Shown: piece by piece, positions 26,692-39,650 of the stretch
Layout: every line of letters begins with the position of its first letter
Position numbering within the stretch: position 1 is the stretch's first letter
NCBI RefSeq assembly: GCF_032062105.1
Contig: NW_026929710.1
Coordinates: 1 to 64,000 of the forward strand
Source: Saccostrea cucullata
Taxonomy: Eukaryota
Direction of reading: 5' to 3'
DNA length: 64,000 nucleotides
Program-made: the position numbers and the translations under genes
Notes under the pieces: model-generated
The model's input: only the letters and a program-made list of their open reading frames with translations
Told to the model about the DNA's origin: nothing
Databases searched by the model: none

Positions 26692-29600
26692 ATGTCGGAA
26701 AGCGATTCAGACGAGGGGATCAAAAATTCCACCTGGGTCCCTTACAGAGACCGAGATGAGTGGAAAGACATCTCCCCAATCCCCCAGGACGACGGCCCCG
26801 GGCCCGTGGTGCAGATTGCGTACTCTGACGAATGTAAGTAAAGTGTTATTTTATCTGAAACATGGTCGCGGGTCGTCACCTGGGAATAGCGGCGTTTGTT
26901 GTGGTTGATGTACATGTATGGAATCCTCTTGGCTTACGTCCAGTGGCTAAGAATAGTTTAATAGGGATTGTTTTTGATTTACTTTAGACTTATCTAATGA
27001 AAAGTCAAATAAAAATTGAACATGATTTAATACTGGCTACTGCTGTAATATACCTTATTTATTTGCAGAAGGCAAAAAGGAAGGGGGAGGGGGGGGGGGG
27101 GCTATTGTTTCTACTCTACAAGCTAACCATTTCCATTTGTCAGTGTCCATAGCATATCCTTGGTTACTTTCCAAAGGGAAAATTGTGGACAATAAAAAAG
27201 CTTTTCAAATTAATATAAATATAATTTCAAGAAAAAAAAATCATCCTATTTTTACTATACTGGTGGTTTTATTCATGGCAGTTAGGTCAATGTACAGTGT
27301 TAATTTTAATTTGTTGTAGTTTATGAAACATGATTAAGTAATAAGTTGAATAGGAAAGGTTATAATCTTGATTTAGTAGCAATCCAAATCCCAATTATCA
27401 GCCAATACCTGGATACCTGACTTCATTTATTATGTATATTCTGGTAACGTATCTGTGATTAATTGAGGAGTACTCTGTGGTATTATTGGAAGGATGGTGA
27501 ACTTCTTCCTCTTGGTTTCAATTTCCATTTAGTTCAGTTCTCAGCTTATAATTGATTTAACATGTTAAATTGATCTTTAACAATGAAGTCATCAACTAAC
27601 ATGTTTTGAACCTTATGGTTAATTTTCCATAAGCTTGGTGAGATGAGAGTGTTTTTATTCTATGTGTTCTATATAAAAACAGTGGAGGCTTTATCAAAGT
27701 TAAACATACAGATCTGGTTGAACTTTCATCATTGCTTGTACAGTGTTCAAATTCTGCATTAGCTTAAATACTATGTAATATAAAATGCTATTTATTTTTT
27801 CCATGGGCGACTTTTTAGGTCACCTGAGTAAACTCAGGTGACCTATTGCTATCACTTTTCGTCCGTCGTCGTTCGTCGTCCGTCGTGCGTCGTGCGTTAA
27901 CATTTGAACATTTTCAGCTTCTTCTCTGAAACCACTGAACCAATTTCAACCAAATTTGACATATAGCATCTACGGGTGAAGGGGAACAAAAATTGTGAAT
28001 TTCATGGGCCCTGCCCCCCTGGGGCCTGGGGGGTGGGGCAAAAACCACTAAAATTAATGCAATCTTTAAAAATCTTCTTCTTTACTCCTGGACATCAAGC
28101 AGTTAAACTGTTTGCATGATTGTAATCAGCATTGAGTCCTCTACCAAAATTGTGAAATTCATGGCCCCGGGGTCAGGGGTTCTGTTGTTAGGGTGGGGCT
28201 AAATAAGTATATCGTGAAATTTCATGAATTCTTTGAAAATCTTCTTCTCTGCTCCTGGGTATTGAATTAACTAACTAAGTGCATAGTTATGATGAGCAAG
28301 AGTGCCTCTACCAAAATTGTGAATTTTATGGCCCCAGGGTCAGGGGTTCTGGTGTTAGGGTGGGGCTCTATAGATTATATAGTGAAAATACATGAATTCT
28401 TTGAAAATCTTCTTTTCTGCTCCTAGGTATCAAATAAACTAACTAAGTGCAAAGTTATGATGAGCAAGAGTGCCTCTACCAAAATTGTGAATTTTATGGC
28501 CCCAGGGTCAGGGGCTCTGGTGTAAGGGTGGGGCTCTATAGATTATATAGTGAAAATACATGAATTCTTTGAAAATCTTTTTCTCTGCTCCTGGGTATTA
28601 AATAAACTAACTAAGTGCATAGTTATGATGAGCAAGAGTGTCTCTACCAAAATTGTGAATTTTATGGCCCCAGGGTCAGGGGTTCTGGTGTGAGGGTGGG
28701 GCTCTATAGATTTTATAGTGAAAATACATGAATTCTTTGAAAATCTTCTTCTCTGCTCCTGGGTATTAAATAAACTAAATAAGTGCATAGCTATGATGAG
28801 CAAGAGTGCCTCTACCAAAATTGTGAATTTTATGGCCCCAGGGTCAGGGGTTCTGGTGTTAGGGGGGGGGGGGGGGGCTCTATAGATTATATAGTGAAAA
28901 TACATGAATTCTTTGAAAATATTCTTCTCTTCTCCTGGGTATTAAATAAACTAAATAAGTGCATAGTTATGATGAGCAAGAGTGCCTCTACCAAAAATTG
29001 TGAATTTTATGGCCCCAGGGTCAGGGGTTCTGGTGTTAGGGGGTGGGTTCTATAGATAATATAGTGAAAATACATGAATTCTTTGAAAATCTTTTTCTCT
29101 GCTCCTGGGTATTGAATTAACTAACTAAGTGCATAGCTATGATGAGCAAGAGTGCTTCTACCAAAATTGTGAATTCGATGTCCCCAGGGTCAGGGGTTCT
29201 GGTGTTAGGGTGGGGCTCTATAGATTATATAGTGAAAATACATGAATTCTTTGAAAATCTTCTTTTCTGTTCCTGGGTAATAAATAAACTAAATAAGTGC
29301 ATAGTTATGATGAGCAAGAGTGCCTCTACCAAAATTGTGAATTTTATGGCCCCATGGTCAGGGGTTCTGGTGTAAGGGGGGGGGGGGGGCTCTATAGATT
29401 ATATAGTGAAAATACATGAATTCTTTGAAAATCTTCTTCTCTGTTTTGGGGTATTAAATAACTAAATAAGTGCATAGTTATGATGAGCAAGAGTGCCTGA
29501 TTGTAATCAGCATTGAGTCCTCTACCAAAATTGTGAAATTCATGGCCCCGGGGTCAGGGGTTCTGTTGTTAGGGTGGGGCTAAATAAGTATATAGTGAAA

Positions 29601-32600
29601 TTTCATGAATTCTTTGAAAATCTTCTTCTCTGCTCCTGGGTATTGAATTAACTAACTAAGTGCATAGTTATGATGAGCAAGAGTGCCTCTACCAAAATTG
29701 TGAATTTTATGGCCCCAGGGTCAGGGGTTCTGGTGTTAGGGTGGGGCTCTGTTGATTATACAGTGAAAATACACTAAATCTTTGAAAGTTTTCTTCTCTG
29801 CTCCTAAGTATTAAGCAGATGAACTACCTATGTAGTTATGATGAGCAAGGGTCCTGATCTTCCAGAATTGTGAATTTCAAGGCCCCAGGGTCAGGGGTAC
29901 CATAAAGGAGGGGGGGGACTGTACTTATATACTGAAACTGGATGAATTGTTTGAAATCTGCTCTCTGGTATTTATCAAATATTTTTGAAAAGCAAGGGTG
30001 CCTTTTCAACAATTTTTGCAATGTGTGGATCTTGGCCTAAGGGTCAGGGGTTCATATGTGATTGGGGCATTACTGATCATGCTGAATATTACTGATTACT
30101 TGAAATGCATTTTTTGTTCCCCTACCCTGCCTATGGGTATTAAGTAAACAAACTAAGCAACTGCTAAGTGTGTTATGATGATCAATGGTGCCTATTTCAA
30201 AATTGTGAATGCCATAGCATCTGGATTAAAACATGAATCAAATTCAATCACTGGAAAGTTGTTGCATAATGCTCAGGTGACCTATAAGGCCCATGGGCCT
30301 CTTGTTGTGTATAGAGATGGGATTTGTGTAATGCAATCAATTCCAGATTTTTAAAGTCACAGTAATCAGCAGTCTCTGCAAACATTATTTTTTTCTGAAT
30401 GCACAAGATCAAACCAAACTTTGCAAGAGAAAAATCCTTACTAATGTAAGAAAGTGAAACACTTGAAAATGCAAAACCAAGAAGATCCTACGGTCCATGT
30501 AATTTCAATCACACTTGTTCATGTAGTTAACTTTGTGCAATATTTTTCATAAAACAAACGTTTTTAGGACTCCATATGGTTCAAGATAGTAAACTTAAAT
30601 TTGAACCTGGAGACATCAGTTGAAAAATTCCAGTTTGGTGTAAAAAATGATGTATCGGGCTCAGCACTGTACATGTGAGATCCAATGGTCAGGTGTTTTT
30701 TCTGGAAAACTGTTATTAACATTAAAATCCAATGTTTTCTTAGTAAGAAGGGAGCTTCAAGGGCATCAAAGTCACTTGGATTGTGGTAATGCAGTTAACA
30801 CTAAACAGAGTTTTTATTACTGATAACCATGTTAACTGTAAATAATTTCCTTTTTCAGTTCAAGATGTGTACGACTACTTCCGGGCCATCATTGCGAAGG
30901 AAGAAGTCAGTGATCGCGCACTGGAGTTGACGAAAGACGCAGCACGGCTGAATGCCGCTAATTATACTGTATGGTAAGTTAGACCATAGTAGCTACCACT
31001 CCAAGATTAAGTTTTCAATGCTGCTGACTAAATGGTAAATTTTGAATGCAGCCATAATGTAAAATATGATATGTTGTACTTGTAAGTGATGGAGATTTCC
31101 AGTTATACTGTCTGATCTGACATTGAAGAATGGTACTACTGTTTGGTAATGTTTAGTACAAAGTATGTTGTGTAGTTTTTGAATGCTGCTTATTCATACA
31201 ACATACTACTTGAAAAATACCACTTTTATGCTGCAAAAAAGAAATCTGAAAAAAGTTAATGCTGTCAAATACAGATATTCCCCACTAGTGATCGGTTCAT
31301 GATGATTGAAATCAAACATTTTCTTCTCCTTTACAAATGTTAAAAATGAAGTTTAAGAACTCTGTAGATATACTGGTATGTTGTAAACACAAGGGACTTA
31401 GGTTGTAGGACTGTTTTTCTTCAATTGGCAAGGGTTTTTTTTCTCTCGCAAGGGGAAATTTGTGATAAGAATGCAGGAATCTTGTATATTTATACACCTT
31501 TGATATTTTCTGTTTGTACGTCATTTAAAATGCCATTAGCATGTTAACTTAGTACACATGTCAGTATGGTATTCGGTGCCTAAAAATATTCGAAATACTT
31601 TTCCCCCTTACCATAAATATCACTGTTGGTGAAAAAAAGAATCAGTATGAAGGTAATAGATTTATATTACATGTATGTGACAACAGATCAGCAGACTTTT
31701 ATTGTACTTAACTCCTTTATGGAGAGGACTCCCATTTCCTGATGAAAGTCTTGAAATATTGCCAGGAACTGGAGAGAAAATTCAATACCTTTCTGAAAAT
31801 CAATTTTCTTCTTATGCTTCTCATAATTAAAGTGTCTTTGCTTGTGAAATTGCTCAAGTAAAGCTAAATCTCCCGTTTTTCTCCGTTAAATGATTTTTTG
31901 GGTGTATTGATGCTGTGTTGATGTAAGGTGCAATGTCCTTGTGACTCACTGTGAATTTACCAATAAATGGAAAGAAGAAATAAGTGGTCTTGCCAAAAAA
32001 GAGATTTAAAAATTTAATTTTTGAGCTGTTTACAATGTCAAAAGGTGACACGTTTTGGAATTAATGTGTGTGAAATCCTGGCACATGTCTGCAGTGTTTA
32101 TATTATTTTGTTAAAGGTCATTGTTTGATTTTGATTAAAAAAAAAAGCACCTCTATGTGAATAGCCAAGTTCTTTTTGTGTGTAGATTAAAGAAAAAACA
32201 TATTTCATGACGAGAAGAGATTAGCTTGGGTAGCTAGTAAGATATCAATGTATAAACTGAATCCTCAACCCAACCCTACATCTTTCAAGACTGGTTATAA
32301 GATTTTTTTTCTGAACTTTCAACTTCAGAAATCTGTTTATTTATTCATTCTTAGTTTCATACATTCTCTCAGTGACTTGCCTGTCTTGAAAAAATTCATA
32401 GACTATTGGACTTTTGGGAGAAGCACTGACTTTTACAGTTGACTGTTTACTTGAACATTTAAACCTGTATCATCTACAGAGGTACATAATTGATAATAGA
32501 TAAGAAAACCTTTCTAGTGGTCATAGGTATGGTGTTAGGGGCACTGACAGGTGAAGGCCAGGAGTTAATGGTAGTTGTTTTCTTCAAGGACACCTTATCT

Positions 32601-35600
32601 GTGCTTTGAAATAGCCCATGATTTTTGTTGAATTAAATGGTGAGCTAAATATTTATATTGTAAAAGAGCTTCCGTACACTGTCTTAGTGTTAGAATAATT
32701 TGTCAACTGCTAAAGTCAGCGCTCCTCGCAAAAGTCCATTAGTAATTTAAACGTACCATATCAGGGACATCACTTCAACACGACATTCATATTATTCCAG
32801 ATTTATTTGGATTTTTACCTGTACTTCTTTAGAATCCTATTCCTATATATATATAATATTGTATACTTGACATAAAAGGTCACAAAGGGGAGTCTTTGAA
32901 TCAGACTGTTATTATTTATCTAGCAGAGTCAGGACAATTAAAAAGTATGTCTCTCATGACCATGATTACATCCAAGTTGATATACACATTTTATATAATT
33001 TTTTGTAACATTGATTTTGATTACTGCACATACATATAAACAGTTGAAACTTGAGTTGTACATTTCATGTAATGTGTAATTTTGTCATGTTTTTATATTC
33101 CAAGGAAAACACATTGACAGTTTTGCTTTAACAAAGAAATTACTTTTCTAAAAGTGATGTACACATTGTTCATTGGAGGATACTGTATCTAAATTTACTT
33201 TAAAAAGTGGGCTTCATATTTTAGCGACTTTGGTACAGACGATATATACACTAATTCAAGAATTCCGCTAAGAAATCATGTATTTTATTAATCATGTTAA
33301 TATAATATTAACATGATTAAGAAAATATTTTGTGAAGTGTGTAGGGCTAATTTATGAATACCCCAACAATTTTATACGCAGTGATTGCAGTAAATATTGA
33401 AAACACCAATTTATGTACACACGTATAGTATAAAGTCATTATTTAGTGTTAAGAAATGATTAGAAACATTTAGAGCAACTGAATAGCTTAGTTTTGACAT
33501 GCAGTTTGAAATGCATCAAGGCAATCTATTTCAGTCCAAATACTTTTCAGACTATTTACAGAATTTTTTGATTGCTTACATCTTCAATATCTTCTACAGG
33601 CATTACAGGAGAATTCTCTTGAAAGAGCTGAAGAAAGACTTGAAAGAGGAATTAAAATACATCACAGATATGATTGTCTCCCACCCCAAAAACTACCAAG
33701 TCTGGTGAGTATCAACTATGAATTCTGGTTAAAGCTGCTCAGCTTTATTCCTTTAGGGGAAAAAATTACAGATGGATGGGAGGTTATGATATATTTTGCA
33801 GCCCTAATATGTAATAACCCTTTGGTAAGAGACAGATAAATCTCCTGGATTACAGTAAATTTTAGAAAACATTTCTCCTGGGTGAAAGAAAATAAACTTT
33901 TATCATATGTTGATGTTTATAATACAGTGAAATGTCTCATTGCTTTTGTTAGGCACCATCGTCGAGTGATTGTAGAATGGCTTCAGGACCCATCACAAGA
34001 ACTCGAGTTCACCGCCCAAATCCTGAAAAAGGATGCCAAGAATTACCATACCTGGCAACACAGGTGATTAATCGTGCCTTCTGATTGGTAGAATGTAGTT
34101 TTGACCCCTTGATCTCTATGCTAATGGTTTATGGTCCTCCTATGACCTTTAAATGTGAATAACCTATTTGACCTTTTTAACCTTTGACCTTACAGACAGT
34201 GGGTGTTACGTGAGTTTGCATTGTGGGACAGAGAGCTGGATTACGTGGACTCGCTCCTACAGGAGGATCTTAGAAACAACTCGGCCTGGAATCAACGATA
34301 CTTTGTCATCAACAACACGACCGGGTTTACTGAAGACGTGGTTAATAAGGAGGTCAGGTGAGCTTTCTAGGGAGGACTGTGTCAAGGTCACACTGACAAT
34401 AAAATAAATAGGACAGCCGCCAGCTTCTCTCTTAAAAACTGGACAGAATTCTACATCGTCCTTTGTCATGATTGTTGTATACATATAATTTTATTGGCAT
34501 GCCACTCAATTTAAAGAAAAGTACTTTGGAATATTTCCATAATTAGTGACAGGATAGAGGCATTCATGTATTGATCTGGATCCAAAATTGTGTATAAATT
34601 ACTGAAGCAGTTCTGCATATTTTTCCTGATGAAACAAAAGTTGCAACATATTCTCTGTTTTGTAGGTACACACAAGAGTTTATCAAGAAGGCCCCTAACA
34701 ATGAAAGTTCTTGGAACTATTTGAAAGGGTAAGACAGATGTCATTGAACATGTAAATATTTTGCTCAGCTATTGCTTTGTTACTTTAAAGCTTTAAATTC
34801 TGCTCAGTTTTATATCTATGTTATAAATAAACAGTGATTGGGAAGGGCTTGCGCCACGCGCCATAGTCGCATTGAAGTGAAAAATGGCGCATTAAATCAA
34901 TCAATCATGGCGCCTAGGTGCGCATTCAATTTTTAGCGATGTTATTTGGAAATATTTTGTGTACGACTTTCTTTCTTGTTTTACTTTCGTTTTAAATGCA
35001 GTCAATTTAAAACAACAAATCTTATTGGTTGAAACCTGTCAAAAAGTACTTCCGGTTAAACGAAGCACTTACATGAGGTACAATACTTCATTCATTTGTA
35101 TGGTAAGGCCGTTCCCTTTCCAAAACTGTCGTAATTTTAACACAAAATACGGGTCAGTTATATTCTAAGAAAGTTCCTTTAAATTTACTGCATTTCATAC
35201 GTTAAAAATCGGATTCGGTTAATTAAAAATGCGTTTTCTCTCGTATTTCATATTTGTTTGTCACTTTGTTATTTCTTAAAATGGCCCTTCAGATTATATT
35301 GATGGCCCATTCATTTTCGAAATGGCCCATCAAAAATGTTGACAGTTGTGCCATAGTCCCATTGACCATTTTGGCCTTCCCAATCACTGAATAAAAATGA
35401 AAGGGAGGATAGATCTTTGTACATTATATGAAAAAGTCCACTGTAAACTGAAAGTTTTCATTGTATTCCTTAAGGCTGTTGATGGAAGTTTAGAGATCTC
35501 CATACCTGATTATTTATCTGAGTTGTTTAATGTAGGGTTCTGATGGACTTTGAGCTGTATAAGTACCCCGGCCAACTGGAGTTCTGTCAGCAGCTCTGTG

Positions 35601-36278
35601 ATGACCGCTACAGATCTCCATACCTGATTATTTATCTGAGTTGTTTATTGTAGGGTACTGATGGACTTTGAGCTGATGACCGCTACAGATCTCCGTACCT
35701 GATTGCCTGTATGATTGACACATATGAAGAGATGCTGGAGCAGAACTGTGGAGAGCAGAGGGAGGTTCTGGAGAAAGCTGTGTCGGTATGTTAATCATCT
35801 ATTGGTGTATCAATGTAGTAATGTGTTTATGCTCTGCTGAAATGTAAGTGTGTGTATATCTGTGATGTATCTGTATCTACAATGTTTACCTTTTTACATT
35901 GACCGTTTCATTGTTGTCCTCTGAGTCTGTACATGATATTTTAAACCTTAGGGGTCATGTGCCACCCCTCCCCCCCCCCCATTCTCCCTAAATTTACAAG
36001 CTCACAATACTTTATAGCCCACAATTTTATCTCCACTTTGGGGAGAAATCTTCAACCCTTTTGCATGTTAATCTCAAAAAAGTAAACTTTGCTGTCCACA
36101 ATCTTTCAATTCTCTGTCAGACACAATTTTCTGAAGTGTTAAATTTTTCTCTTTCCAGCTGTGCCGGTCATTAGCGGAGGAGTACGACACTATTCGATCA
36201 CAATACTGGGACTACCTCTCCCGCGTGTTGTCCAATAAATACGGCAGTGAAGACGTCACCGCGCAAGAGGCGTCATGA
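26692..36278 (+). CDS. FNTA: Protein farnesyltransferase/geranylgeranyltransferase type-1 subunit alpha (8 exons; exon 7 disrupted as assembled)
   Basis: Exons 26692-26833, 30859-30973, 33600-33704, 33953-34063, 34196-34357, 34666-34728, 35536-35785 (anomalous) and 36159-36278, all GT-AG with matching phases. Diagnostic peptides: [98 protein letters not shown]. Confidence 0.95.
27812..30306 (+). mobile_element. Complete Helentron/HINE-type element with ~11 copies of a ~168-bp satellite, in FNTA intron 1
   Basis: 5' taggtcacctgag-taaa-ctcaggtgaccta hairpin, (CGT)-type microsatellite, monomers marked by ctctaccaaaattgtga, 3' subTIR ctcaggtgaccta and palindrome aggcccatgggcct. Confidence 0.9.
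34832..35389. mobile_element. MITE with CAGTG termini (hAT-like), in FNTA intron 6
   Basis: 15-bp TIR cagtgattgggaagg, flanked by a 6-bp direct repeat aataaa. Subterminal atggccc/atggcgc motifs. Confidence 0.8.
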
Positions 36279-36460
36279 TAATCCGAGTCATGACAGTGTT
36301 TTGTCATGACAACCAGAGACATTATAGCAAGGGAAAGATTAAAGAGTTTTTAGGATTAGTTTTATACAAATGTACATTGATGAACAAACACTTCTCCTCC
36401 CAGTCTGCTAATAGGAAAACTTCATCTCTGCCCCTCTGCTAGATTAATAATTGTTACTTC

Positions 36461-36810
36461 TAAGGTGATGACCATTTGATTCTGAGGGCTGTGGGTGCTG
36501 GCAGATTTGGAAATAAATAATCCATCCTCGAAATATTGAAAATGAGTAACCTGTCATCAACTTGACAAGAAAATAATGTGTCCCTGACCATTGCTATCCC
36601 CCCCCCCCTTCCCAAGTAGAGTTTTGGACTTGGATGTTTCTTTTTCTTTGCTTGACAAGCTTTTTTTTAGTGAAGTAGAAAAAAAATAATCTGTCCTTGA
36701 TCTTATTTGAAATAAATAATCTGTCCTTCATTGACATGAAGGTAAAAAATCTGACTCGGAAAAAAAAAATAGCCTAGCGCCCAACCCAGAATCAAATGGT
36801 CATCTCTTAA
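36461..36810. mobile_element. MITE (PIF/Harbinger-like) just downstream of the FNTA stop
   Basis: TIRs gatgaccatttgattctg / cagaatcaaatggtcatc with TAA flanks. Confidence 0.7.
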
Positions 36811-36839
36811 GATACAATTTATTTTATATACATATTTGT

Positions 36840-37522
36840 TGTATTTTTACGAAGAAGGGAGGGCATGTAGTTTCCGTTATTTCTTCACAACCGTTGCACA
36901 TACTGAAATGAAATTTGGTATAAGTTTATGTAAATATTAGGTCAAATACTGATAAACCGTTTTTGATTGAGTTATGCCCCTTGTACTTAGAAAAATTCCA
37001 CTTATTTGCAGTTTGTTCATTTTCTTTCAGAGGTTGCAATGAAATGAAATTTAGTATACAGATATATCAGATAAATATCTAGGTCAAGTTCTGTTGTGGG
37101 TACGATTGCGTCCTTTTTGTTAGAGTTATGCCCCTTGCACTTTGAAAAATTCCACTTATTTGCAGTTTCCGTTCATTTTCTTTGCAGAGGTTGCACATAT
37201 TGAAATGAAATTTAGCATACAGATATATCAGATAAATATCTAGGTCAAGTTTTGTTTTGGGTACGATCGCATCCTTTTTGTTAGAGTTATGCCCCTTGGA
37301 CTTAGAAAAATTTCACTTAATTGCGGTTTCCATTCATTTTCTTTGCAGAGGTTGCACATATTGAAATGAAATTTAGTATACAGATTTTTCAGCTGAATAT
37401 CTAAGCAAAAAAATGTTTTGGGTAGGATCGCACCATTTTAGACAGAGTTATGCCCTTTTGTACTTAGAAAAATTCCAATTTGGGGGGAGGGGGGCATAAG
37501 TGTTTTACAAACATCTCTTGTT
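36840..37522 (+). mobile_element. HINE-type element with ~4 copies of a ~158-bp repeat
   Basis: gagttatgccc at ~36969, 37124, 37285 and 37446. 3' end ggggcataagtgttttacaaacatctcttgtt. Confidence 0.75.
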
Positions 37523-38379
37523 ATTTTTGAATTAACTACAAGGTTAAAGATGAATGTTGGTGTGATGAGACCTATACTGTAGTCAGATTTAAATTGCTCA
37601 ATAGCAATAAATAATTTACCTGTAAGGAAATGAATATCATGATTAATAATTCTAATAATGTATGGGTAATGATGAAATTCTTTTCATAGATTTACAGAGT
37701 ATTAGGAATTATTGTAAATTGATTCAGGTTTCAGAAAAATCATAGTGCTTTAGAGGTGCTAAGTTTAATGTTACATGTGATGTAACTTTGTCTTCTCAAT
37801 AGATGCGTATTCTCCTACAAAGCTGTATGTGTAGAATTTTAGTATAAACATCTGTATCTTGCAATGTAAATGAACTTTCTATGTTGGAATGACCATGATG
37901 GAAAATGTGTAATTCAGTGATCAAATTAGCAAGATTAATGGTGATCATTTTATATATTAATTGTGTACATTTCAGAATTTACCAAGAAAGACTTCTATGC
38001 TAGGTGGTACATGTGCATAATAATTTTTTTTCAGAATTTTTGCTAAGGTATTTTAATTGTGATTTTATGCTCTATGTACATTCCACCCATCCAACTGCCC
38101 ATTAAAATAACTGTGTACAAATGTTCTACATTGTTTAATACCCCATGCAAGCTAATTTTGTACAGCATAATAGCACAATAAATAAAGCTCCTTGGAACCA
38201 TACAATATGTTGCTTGTCATTTGTTTTGAAATGTTATTGTTATTTATAAATTTATTTTAACGAAAGGCCTTAACCATGGAACCAGATTAGTGCCATAATC
38301 TTGAAGCCTAATTAGTGTCTTTATAATTATGGTGCCTAACAGATGTACTTGGTGTTTTGATACCTAACAATGGTGCGAT

Positions 38380-39650
38380 GGCCCTAACTCTTGGAGCTTA
38401 ATGACCTAACAGGTGCCCTATAAACTATGGAGCCTAATGTCCTAACTATGGAGCTTAATGTCATAGCAGGTGCCCTATAAACTATGGAGCCTAATGTCCT
38501 AACTATAGAGTTTAATGTCCTAGCAGGTGCCCTAACTACATGTGTATGGAGTCTAATGTCCTAACAGGTGCCCTATAAACTATGGAGCCTAAGGTGCCCT
38601 ATTCAGGCTAATGCCCTAACTATGCAGCCTAATGCCCTAACTATGTAGATTAATGTCCTAACTATGCAGCCTAATGCCCTAACAGGTGCCCTAACTATGG
38701 AGCCTAATGCCCTTACAGGTTCTCTAATCATGCTGCCTAATGTCCTTACAGGTGCCCTAATCATGGAGCCTAATGTCCTTACAGGTGCCCTAATCATGGA
38801 GCCTAATACCATTAAAGGTGCCCTAATCTTGGAGCCTAATGCCCTAACAGGTGCCCTAACTATGGAGCCTAATGCCCTAACAGGTGCCCTAACTATGGAG
38901 CTTAATGCCCTAACAGGTGCCCTAACTATGGAGATTAATGTCCTAACTATGCAGCCTAATGCCCTAACAGGTACCCTAACTATGGAGATTAATGTCCTAA
39001 CTATGCAGCCTAATGCCCTAACAGGTGCCCTAATCATGGAGCCTAATGTCTTAATAGGTGCCCTATCTATGGAGCCTAATGCCCTTACAGGTGCCCTAAT
39101 CATGTAGCCAAATGCCCTAACAGGAGTCCTAATCATGGAGCCTAAGGTCTAACAGGTGCCCTAAGTATGCAGCCTAATGCCCTAACAGGTGCCCTAACTA
39201 TGCAACCTAATGCCCTTACAGGTGCCCTAACTATTCAGCTTAATGCCCTAACTATGGAGCATGAATGATGCCCTAACAGGTGCCCTAATCATGGAGCCTA
39301 ATGCCCTAACTATTGAGCTTAATGCCCTAATAGGTGCTCTAACTATGGAGCCTAATGCCCTAACAGGTGCCCTAATCATGCAGCCTAATGCCCTAACAGG
39401 TGCCCTAATCATGGAGCCAAATGTCCTTACAGGTGCCCTAATCATGGAGCCTAATCTCCTTACAGGTGCCCTAACTATGCAGCCTAATGCCCTAACAGGT
39501 GTCCTAATCATGGAGCTTAAGGTCTTAACAGGTGCCCTATCTATGGAGCCTAATGCCCTTACAAGTGCCCTAATCATGCAGCCTAATGCCCTTACAGGTG
39601 CCCTAATCTTGGAGCCTAATACCCTAACATGTTCCCTTACTATGCAGCCT
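38380..39650. repeat. 33-bp minisatellite (with 21-bp variants) rich in CCCTAA
   Basis: Unit atggagcctaatgccctaacaggtgccctaact, roughly 40 copies, degenerating leftwards to ~38270. Confidence 0.95.
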
